From positions 15,222 to 79,221 of the forward strand of contig JAGOVG010000001.1 of the NCBI GenBank assembly GCA_018060845.1: a stretch of DNA of 64,000 nucleotides. The letters are read 5' to 3'. Of this stretch, positions 57,160 to 64,000 are shown in pieces (positions within the stretch are counted from its first letter, which is position 1; each line of letters starts with the position of its first letter). Source of the DNA: Candidatus Woesebacteria bacterium (GTDB taxonomy: Bacteria > Patescibacteriota > Microgenomatia > UBA1400 > UBA12108). The position numbers were made by a program, and so were the translations under genes. The notes under the pieces are model-generated. The model made no database searches. It saw only the letters and a program-made list of their open reading frames with translations, and was not told the origin of the DNA.

Positions 57160-57195
57160 TCTTGGTATTATAGGATAAATGGCTGAAATTTCAAG

Positions 57196-58503
57196 CTAGA
57201 GGATGGTACTGGTTTCGCGCATTAAAGTGAGCCAAGAGGTCACGGTCGGATCCATGATGACGTGGCGGTGGGTGAGCTCGCGGCGGAGATAGACGCCAGC
57301 GAGACTGGTTGCGCGTGATAGTGCGACATAAGTCTGGCCATGGGCAAAGGACTGAGGTAGGTCGATGATGACTCGGTCAAAAGTCTTCCCCTGTGCTTTG
57401 TGGATGGTAACTGCCCAAGCGAGCATAAGCGGGAGCTGGGTGTAGGTGCCGACCACGTCGCTACTGATCCGACGTGATTTTTCGTTGTAGTCAAAACTAA
57501 ACATCTCCCAGGTAGTTGGGGCGACGTCAACGAGCTTTTTGTTTTTGAGCCTGACTGAGACTATAGGCAGGCTATTCTCCCAGTCGATTTCCTCGACCCT
57601 GCCAACTGTCCCATTAACATACCTCTTCTCCCTATCGTTTGCCGTCAGCATAACCTGTGCCCCGATCTTGAGGGTTAACTCGCGAGGAGCTGGTTCGGTA
57701 CGATTATCAAACTTCCCGGTTGCGATCGCAAAAAAATCGTGGCTCTTGCCACTTAGGCTATTTAGCTGATAGTCGTTGTAGTCACCGGCGGTTTTGTTGG
57801 TACCGGTTAGGTTGATCACATACTCCTCGGGAGGTGGCGCATAGTCGGGAGAGACGCGGGTATTTAGAAGATCTAGGTGGGAGCTATTAAGTTTCCCCTC
57901 GCGTAGCGCATTTAGGACCTCGATAAACTCGGCATCACTCTGTCTATAGATATGGTCGAGTTCGATAAAGGTAAGTGCTAGGCGAGACATCACGTCGGCA
58001 CTAAAGAAAAAAGGTGAAGAGTAGCGAGCACGAAAAACCTCTGCCTCCATATATGGTACGACGGGTGGGAGCTGATAGAGGTCGCCAAAGAAAATCATCC
58101 GCTTGCCACCGAACGGGCGAGAGCTCATGCAGACCCTACGCAAGAAAGCATCGATACAGTCTAGGAGATCGGCTCGGACCATACTGATCTCGTCGATGAT
58201 GACTAGATTTAGGTTTTTATAGAGTTCGGATTTTTTGGTTTTGCCACCTAAGCTCCAAGCTTTGTCGATTGTGATGTTGGGTTTAAAACCAAAGAAGCTA
58301 TGAATGGTGGCACCACCCACATTGACTGCCGCCACTCCGGTGGGAGCCAAGACTACATGGGACTGCTCGGTGCTCTTGTGAAAGTAAGTAAGGAGCGTGG
58401 ACTTGCCTGTCCCTGCCCGACCAGTGATAAAGAGGTGGTCGCTACCGTGCTCTAAGAGCTCTAGGGTTTGTTTAAATATTGGAGAGAGCTCAATGTTAGA
58501 CAT
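57196..58503 (-). CDS. RecD/PIF1-like SF1B DNA helicase (short form)
   Basis: Motif I FITGRAGTGKST, Ia VLAPTGVAA, II VIIDEISMV, and a C-terminal SH3-like/2B region (AVTIHKAQGKTFDRVII). Confidence 0.8.
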   Translation of the reverse strand: MSNIELSPIFKQTLELLEHGSDHLFITGRAGTGKSTLLTYFHKSTEQSHVVLAPTGVAAVNVGGATIHSFFGFKPNITIDKAWSLGGKTKKSELYKNLNLVIIDEISMVRADLLDCIDAFLRRVCMSSRPFGGKRMIFFGDLYQLPPVVPYMEAEVFRARYSSPFFFSADVMSRLALTFIELDHIYRQSDAEFIEVLNALREGKLNSSHLDLLNTRVSPDYAPPPEEYVINLTGTNKTAGDYNDYQLNSLSGKSHDFFAIATGKFDNRTEPAPRELTLKIGAQVMLTANDREKRYVNGTVGRVEEIDWENSLPIVSVRLKNKKLVDVAPTTWEMFSFDYNEKSRRISSDVVGTYTQLPLMLAWAVTIHKAQGKTFDRVIIDLPQSFAHGQTYVALSRATSLAGVYLRRELTHRHVIMDPTVTSWLTLMRETSTIL

Positions 58504-58524
58504 ACCTCATGTTACACCACGATT

Positions 58525-61500
58525 TTAAGCGAGCAAGTCAATTTCGAATGATTTGGTGCCCTGGAGGTTCTTGCTATATTTGTCGGTTATTGGGAGGTCT
58601 AAGGCCTGGATCTTGCCCCAAACTACCCCTATCAGTTTTTTGATCTCTTGCTCTTCTGCCTCATTAAACTGAATACTGAGCGGTGCAATGATATCACCGC
58701 TCCTTAGATCTGTGGGCTCGACAAACTCTAGCCGAGCCTCAGTTACTTTGTAGCTCCTCCAAGTGTAACTACCCTCTATAAGGAATTTGTAGAAATATAA
58801 TTGATGCTTGTATTTGTAGGCTTTCATTGAGGATTCCCATTTGGGGAGAGGCTGACCAGTTTTGAAGTCTACAATACGCAGAGTTTTGTTAACTTGATCA
58901 ATCTCTAGTCTATCGATCTTGCCGGTCAATCTAGCATCACCAATACAGACTCCCTCACTATAAAAGTTTACCTCTGTCTGAGCACTCTGGCTAAACATAT
59001 CTCCACGGCTAGTTAGATACTTTTGAAGTACTACACTACCCCGACTAAGTAAGTGATCCTTATCATGCTCGCTTAAGAAGCGATGATTTAGCTCTACACT
59101 ATAGTGAGTCAGTACCTCGGCCATCTCTGGTTTTTTACTGCTTAAAATCTGTTGCTGATACCACTCTAAGGTATTGTGGATCGCTAAGCCATATTCACTA
59201 TCCGGAGTTGGGGCGCTCGGGAAGCGTAGCAGTGTCCGCATCAAAAACTCTTCGGGACCGCTGTGCTCTAGATCCATAAAGGTATTGAGGTGGGTGGGAC
59301 TCATGACGTAGCTGTCCAGGTGCTCACTCAGGAGGTCACGAAAATCGACCGGGAGCGTAACTCGGCCGGCGCTCCAGAGAGTGGCTACATCACGAGCTAA
59401 GTCATCTGAGCTATGCTCTGTAGTCACAATATTCTGTGAAGATAACGGTAAGTGTGGTGAGACACCGTCAACCTCACCCAAGTATTTGAGAGGAGTGGTT
59501 GGTTTGCCGTTATCGTGACTCGAATGTGAGGAAATATAGAGGCCGTAGCGGGAGCGGGTGATGGCAACAAAGAAGAGTCGCAGCCGCTCGTCATCACCAC
59601 TATGGGTATAGCGGATATGGCTCAGATTGGGTGGGAGGGAGAGCTTGGACCCGCCGCCGCGACTGGCACTACCCCAGACATCGTCGTGCGCCTGCAAAAT
59701 AAAGACGTGATCAAACTCGAGCCCCTTGGCTTTGTAGGCTGTCATGAGCTGGACACTACTTAACCCCTGTGCGACAGGATGTGAGTTAATCAGTCCCTCG
59801 CCAGCCGATTCGTACATCGCAAAAAAGTCGAGAAAGTCGGTGAGCGTCAAGCTATGGTCACTACTATTTTGATATTCCCTCAGGTGTGAGCGAATAATAC
59901 TTAGATGTGTGATCGCTTCGTAGTATTTGACTGCATCAACCGAGCGCATTTCTATGGCAAAGTAGTGAGACTTAAGAGGAGTCTCGGTAATTAGCTGGTC
60001 AAGGATAGATTCGAGCGGTGTAGTTGCTACTGCACCACTGAGAGTGAGATAAAAATTAACTGCCTCTGATAATGCATTATTCTCGAGCGCGATCTCGGCC
60101 CAGGCTCTCTTTTCTTCTTTTTTGGCAAACTGCCAGTTGGTACGCCATACCTCGACCACCGGGATACCCCAGTATGGTTGAGACAAAACCTGAGGAAAGT
60201 ATTCGTTTATCTTTGAGCGATTATTAGTCCAAAGCGCGTCGAGTAGTAGTGCTGATTGGTGAAGGATTTTGACTATTTCGGTATCCAGGATGTTCTCACG
60301 CTTTTCGTAGGTTAAGGGGACTCCCAGTTGCTTGAGGAACGGCACCATATTCTCTAGTAGTTTGTGTTTGGGAGCAATGACTGCAACCTCGCTGGGTTTG
60401 GTGCCACGCTTAATTAACTCGTCGATCTGACGAGCGACCCATGAATACTCTGCTGCCTCGGATACAAAATCATTGCGCATAATATTGGAGCTGGGAGGGA
60501 GTGCGTCGCTACTCTCAACTAGTAATTTGTCGATACCCTCTAGCTTGGTATGCAATCGACCACTAATCTGACTGGCGATGTTCTGGGCAACGTGTAGTAC
60601 GTCGCGGTGTGAGCGATAGTTGTTGACTAGGTTGATAACCTGCACTTCACGAAATGATTCTAGAAAATCTTGGATGTTGCCGATGTTCGCACCCTGAAAA
60701 GCAAAAATGGCCTGGTCATCATCTCCTACTGCCATCACGTTGGGTCGACCCTCGTGGACAGGGTGGTCTGCTATCCGCTTGACCAGCTCGAACTGTGCGG
60801 GGTTGGTATCCTGGAACTCGTCGAGGAGGATATATTGATAGCGTTCCTGCAGGTTAAACCTTAGTTCGTCATTATTTTTAAGACCCTCGATTGCGCGGAT
60901 GATCATGTCATTAAAATCGTAAGATGCCTCTACTCTGAGAGCTTGCTCATACGACTCGTAGATGCTTGAGAGATCGACCATTTTTTCGCTGGTCGCGCGC
61001 TTGGTTAATGTAAATTTATCTTTATCATCTTTGTGTAACCAAGCGTTCTTCCATTTGGTTAGGGGAGTGGAAGTGCTACTCTCCTCATATTCATCAAATG
61101 CAAGTTTTAACCCACCTGCTGCTTGCTCGACCAAACTACCACTAAGAGCGGACAAGCGCTCGAGCAATGTCGCATACTGGCTTGGCCACTGATCTTTTTT
61201 GCGCGAGATACCACCCACCTGGTTAATCACCTCATCGATGACTATCTGAGCGGAGTCGATCTGATGGAGGTTGTTAATACCTAGTTCATAGAGTGCTTGT
61301 GGAGTTATTAAGTTTTTTTTGAGATCGCTAATAGTACTCACCACATCTTTGACAAAGTAGCGGGCAGAGAGGAGTGAGCTATCAAATGGTAGCTTACCGA
61401 GGATCGCTTCGACTATCCGGATTTGAGATAACTCATCGATCGCTCGCTCGAGCCTAACATCATCCGTTCGATCTAGCCCTATCTGCTGAAAGTATTCACT

Positions 61501-61818
61501 GTGGCTCTTTATGATGTCGCTACCAAAACTGTGGTAGGTACTAATAGTCACCTCGTAGGCGGCCTCACCAATAAACTCCCTGAGGCGACGACGCATATTG
61601 GCGGCACCGGACTCGGTAAAAGTGAGACAGAGGATGTTGCTGGGTGCAATATCCGTTAGCTTTAGAATATTGGCGACACGAGCGGAGAGGAGCTGGGTCT
61701 TGCCAGTACCAGGACCAGCAAGTACGAGGAGCGGGCCATCGATCGTATCGACTGCCAGTTTTTGCTCTTTGTTTAGATTGTTGTAGGCGGTCGCAAAGGA
61801 TGATTTGTAGTCTGTCAT
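58525..61818 (-). CDS. RecB/AddA-like UvrD-family helicase fused to a C-terminal PD-(D/E)XK nuclease
   Basis: Helicase motifs VLAGPGTGKTQLL, LLDEFQDTNP, YKAKGLEFDHVFIL, VAITRSR. C-terminal nuclease GKIDRLEID...LRIVDFKTGQ plus QLYFYKF. Confidence 0.85.
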   Translation of the reverse strand: MTDYKSSFATAYNNLNKEQKLAVDTIDGPLLVLAGPGTGKTQLLSARVANILKLTDIAPSNILCLTFTESGAANMRRRLREFIGEAAYEVTISTYHSFGSDIIKSHSEYFQQIGLDRTDDVRLERAIDELSQIRIVEAILGKLPFDSSLLSARYFVKDVVSTISDLKKNLITPQALYELGINNLHQIDSAQIVIDEVINQVGGISRKKDQWPSQYATLLERLSALSGSLVEQAAGGLKLAFDEYEESSTSTPLTKWKNAWLHKDDKDKFTLTKRATSEKMVDLSSIYESYEQALRVEASYDFNDMIIRAIEGLKNNDELRFNLQERYQYILLDEFQDTNPAQFELVKRIADHPVHEGRPNVMAVGDDDQAIFAFQGANIGNIQDFLESFREVQVINLVNNYRSHRDVLHVAQNIASQISGRLHTKLEGIDKLLVESSDALPPSSNIMRNDFVSEAAEYSWVARQIDELIKRGTKPSEVAVIAPKHKLLENMVPFLKQLGVPLTYEKRENILDTEIVKILHQSALLLDALWTNNRSKINEYFPQVLSQPYWGIPVVEVWRTNWQFAKKEEKRAWAEIALENNALSEAVNFYLTLSGAVATTPLESILDQLITETPLKSHYFAIEMRSVDAVKYYEAITHLSIIRSHLREYQNSSDHSLTLTDFLDFFAMYESAGEGLINSHPVAQGLSSVQLMTAYKAKGLEFDHVFILQAHDDVWGSASRGGGSKLSLPPNLSHIRYTHSGDDERLRLFFVAITRSRYGLYISSHSSHDNGKPTTPLKYLGEVDGVSPHLPLSSQNIVTTEHSSDDLARDVATLWSAGRVTLPVDFRDLLSEHLDSYVMSPTHLNTFMDLEHSGPEEFLMRTLLRFPSAPTPDSEYGLAIHNTLEWYQQQILSSKKPEMAEVLTHYSVELNHRFLSEHDKDHLLSRGSVVLQKYLTSRGDMFSQSAQTEVNFYSEGVCIGDARLTGKIDRLEIDQVNKTLRIVDFKTGQPLPKWESSMKAYKYKHQLYFYKFLIEGSYTWRSYKVTEARLEFVEPTDLRSGDIIAPLSIQFNEAEEQEIKKLIGVVWGKIQALDLPITDKYSKNLQGTKSFEIDLLA

Positions 61819-62789
61819 GAGATCCTCGGCTGCTCATCGGCATCTGATTTTGTTAAAGCTTTGGTGCCCTCTAGTTTTTGACCCAGCTGGGTGATGCCGC
61901 TACTTACTTCACTATATTTGTTGTAGGCATTGGTTAGATGAGTGCCGAGCGTACCGTATGATTCGCTAACTTTTGTGTAGTCTTTTTGGATACTACGAAG
62001 GAGAGTAAAGACTTCTTTGGCCCGTGACTCGATGCGGCGACCCTCGAAAGATAGGAGGATAGTCTGCAGTGCGGCATAAAGGGTGCTCGGGGAGACGGGG
62101 TAGACCCGGAGCCCTCGCGCATAGTCCATGACACCGTCAGCCTGGACGATCTCGTAATATACGCTCTCTGAGGGGATATACATAAGCGCAAAGTCCAGTG
62201 TCCCCTCGCTGGGATTAATGTATTTGGTGCTAATGGCCTTAACGTGGAGTCGAACATCCCGGACAAAGGAGCGCCTATGCGCAATGACCAAATCTGGGTT
62301 TTGTTCTGAGTAGATTTTTTGAAAATTCTCGAGAGGGAACTTACTATCGATCGGGAGGATGCCAGCATCGGTCTTTACTATCGCGTCGACTTTTTCCCCT
62401 GATTTAAACGCATATTGGAGCACGTAACTACTCTTAGGGAAAATCTGACCTATTAGGTCGGCGAGGACCGCCTCACCAATATTGCCGCGTAGCTTAGGAG
62501 AGCGCAGATAATCCTGGAGATCCTTCATGGAGCGGCCGATCTCGCTAAAGGCCCCTGTCTCTTTTTTTAGTTCACCAATCACATAACTCGCTCGCTCTAG
62601 ACGCGAGCTGATATCACGCGTCGTATCAAGGAGAGAACTGGCCACGCTAGATTTTGTTGAGTCAACGCTAGTTCTTATAGTATCGAGCTCCCGTCTAAGG
62701 GAGCTGATAAAGAGATAGCCTGCGATAAAGATCACAACGGTTATGGCGATTAAGAACAGTTCGAGAGACATAGATTTATTGTATACCAA
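61815..62789 (-). CDS. rmuC: DNA recombination protein RmuC
   Basis: N-terminal TM, coiled-coil, conserved RmuC C-terminal nuclease-like domain (LPIDSKFPLE...DFALMYIPSESVYYE). 4-nt overlap with the downstream recB-like gene. Confidence 0.82.
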   Translation of the reverse strand: MVYNKSMSLELFLIAITVVIFIAGYLFISSLRRELDTIRTSVDSTKSSVASSLLDTTRDISSRLERASYVIGELKKETGAFSEIGRSMKDLQDYLRSPKLRGNIGEAVLADLIGQIFPKSSYVLQYAFKSGEKVDAIVKTDAGILPIDSKFPLENFQKIYSEQNPDLVIAHRRSFVRDVRLHVKAISTKYINPSEGTLDFALMYIPSESVYYEIVQADGVMDYARGLRVYPVSPSTLYAALQTILLSFEGRRIESRAKEVFTLLRSIQKDYTKVSESYGTLGTHLTNAYNKYSEVSSGITQLGQKLEGTKALTKSDADEQPRIS

Positions 62790-62804
62790 GCATATAATGA
62801 AGTA

Positions 62805-63044
62805 ATGCTAATGATACTTAAAATAATCTCGATAATCTCTTTGTGGGTGGTAGTTGCCGCGGCTACTATATATATAGACCCAGTAACGATTAAAGATGTA
62901 TTGATCCCTGGACTATACCTACCTATGATCCTCATAATCGGAGTAGCGACAGGCTATACTGCATACTCGCTCTCTAGTGGGTGGAAGTGGGTGGCAATAA
63001 GCCTCTTTGTTATGGTTCTGACTGGTGTGTTACTGTTGCTTTAG
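62805..63044 (+). CDS. Small 2-3 TM membrane protein
   Basis: Hydrophobicity only. Confidence 0.35.
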   Translation: MLMILKIISIISLWVVVAAATIYIDPVTIKDVLIPGLYLPMILIIGVATGYTAYSLSSGWKWVAISLFVMVLTGVLLLL

Positions 63045-63071
63045 AGTACTAAAGTTGGTACAAATATAGGT

Positions 63072-63416
63072 ATGAACAAAAATATCCAATCCCAGGTGAT
63101 GAAAATCTTTTACCAAGTTTTGGCTGATGCCAAAACAGAGACAGATATGGAGCTGATCCTCAAGTCACTTTTGACTGAGAAAGAATCCCTAACTATCGCC
63201 AAGAGATTAGCTATTGCTGTATTTTTGGACAAAGGACAGTCATACGAGCATATCCACGATACTTTGCAGGCATCGTCGGCGACCATTGCGGCTGTTGCTG
63301 AAAGCATGAACAAAAAAGGAATGCAGATGGCCCTAAATAGAGTTAAGGCAGAAGAATGGGCTGACGTATGGAGTATCAGAATATCGCGAGCACTAGAGAA
63401 GTTGATGAAGAACTAG
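63072..63416 (+). CDS. YerC/YecD (TrpR-like) family small DNA-binding protein
   Basis: LLTEKESLTIAKRLAIAVFLDKGQSYEHIHDTLQASSATIAAVAES matches the YerC/TrpR-like HTH layout. Confidence 0.58.
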   Translation: MNKNIQSQVMKIFYQVLADAKTETDMELILKSLLTEKESLTIAKRLAIAVFLDKGQSYEHIHDTLQASSATIAAVAESMNKKGMQMALNRVKAEEWADVWSIRISRALEKLMKN

Positions 63417-63430
63417 GTTATAATTAGGGA

Positions 63431-64000
63431 ATGGGTAAGTACTACATTACAACGACCGCGCCATACGTAAACTCTGATCCACATATCGGCTTTGCTCTCG
63501 AGATTATCCAAGCTGATACTGTTGCTCGATATCGCCAACTCATGGGAGACGAAGTGTTTTTTAATACAGGCACCGATGAGCATGGCAAAAAGATCTATGA
63601 AAAAGCACTCGAAGAAAAGCGAGATGTCCAGGATTATGTGGATGAGTATGCGGCTAAGTTTCGTAATTTAAAGACACTGCTCGGGCTATCTGAGCTACTA
63701 CATTTCTCCCGGACAACTGATGAGTCACATATAACAGCAGCTCAAGAGATGTGGAAGCGAGTTGACGCAGCCGGCTACATTAGGCGCGGCGTCTACCAAG
63801 CCAAGTACTGTGTAGGGTGTGAGCTAGAGAAGCAGGAGAGTGAGCTAGAGGATGGCGTCTGTCCACTGCACCCTAACAAAAAAATTGAACTTATTAACGA
63901 AGAAAACTACTTCTTTTGTTTTTCTAAATTACAGAAAGATTTGCTAGCTCTATATGAAAAGTACCCCGATTTTGTAGTGCCAGCACACAGACAAAAGGAA
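63431..64000 (+). CDS. metG: Methionyl-tRNA synthetase, 5' portion; the gene continues beyond the window end
   Basis: MGKYYITTTAPYVNSDPHIGFALE (HIGH motif), a CVGCE...CPLH zinc knuckle, and the class I fold order. Not in the ORF track because no stop lies inside the window. Confidence 0.85.
   Translation, partial: MGKYYITTTAPYVNSDPHIGFALEIIQADTVARYRQLMGDEVFFNTGTDEHGKKIYEKALEEKRDVQDYVDEYAAKFRNLKTLLGLSELLHFSRTTDESHITAAQEMWKRVDAAGYIRRGVYQAKYCVGCELEKQESELEDGVCPLHPNKKIELINEENYFFCFSKLQKDLLALYEKYPDFVVPAHRQKE

Noticed and set aside
57240-57530. 96-aa ORF inside the RecD-like helicase gene
   Set aside because: It is an alternative frame of the same strand with no motif. The helicase frame carries all SF1B motifs.
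61934-62368. 144-aa ORF inside rmuC (same strand, other frame); also the ORF at 61565-61843
   Set aside because: These are overlapping alternative frames of well-supported genes.
1-64000. tRNA and rRNA genes
   Set aside because: No cloverleaf-compatible GTTCGAATC/T-loop contexts or rRNA-like conserved blocks were noticed in intergenic stretches. All spacers longer than 100 nt are accounted for by terminators, operators or repeats. A tRNA-scan would be needed to be certain.

Overview
This 64-kb window is a densely packed chromosomal segment with most genes on the minus strand. I saw no rRNA, tRNA or CRISPR array. The backbone is housekeeping: rodZ-like (partial), ftsK, RNase J, a Lon-like ATPase, an L,D-transpeptidase, pnp-rpsO, infB-nusA, hrcA-grpE-dnaK with a textbook CIRCE operator, lepA, murJ, rpsT, a tpiA-LCP-GT39 operon, a pcrA/uvrD-like helicase, femAB, recB-like, recD-like and rmuC genes, and the 5' end of metG. 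The gene content suggests a reduced-genome bacterium with a Gram-positive-type envelope, plausibly CPR/Saccharibacteria-like, but that is inference: IF2 is truncated to G-domain plus C-terminal domains, the Lon homolog has no protease domain, FemAB, LCP and L,D-transpeptidase genes are present, candidate sortase-type LPxTG-like C-terminal anchors occur, and pilN/pilO-like genes occur. Four accessory features stand out. First, a YafQ/DinJ-type TA pair sits next to rpsO. Second, at 20.2-22.8 kb, three direct repeats of the HIT gene 5' end flank two cassettes: a split methyltransferase, and a Panacea-domain antitoxin with a RelE-like toxin and a P-loop kinase. Third, a pilN/pilO-led operon encodes Ser/Thr/Pro-rich surface proteins and sits beside a fused GT-C/PMT-like glycosyltransferase. 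Fourth, an AT-richer island at about 48.1-57.2 kb carries a Type I R-M system (hsdR plus a fused hsdM-hsdS) co-operonic with four uncharacterised genes: a TM protein, a frameshifted Cas4-like PD-(D/E)XK nuclease, a standalone FtsK gamma-domain protein and an unknown ORF. Paired palindromic operator-like sites lie upstream of hsdR. I rank this island as the best candidate for an undescribed defence or mobile module. All calls rest on motif recognition by eye and no database search was possible.
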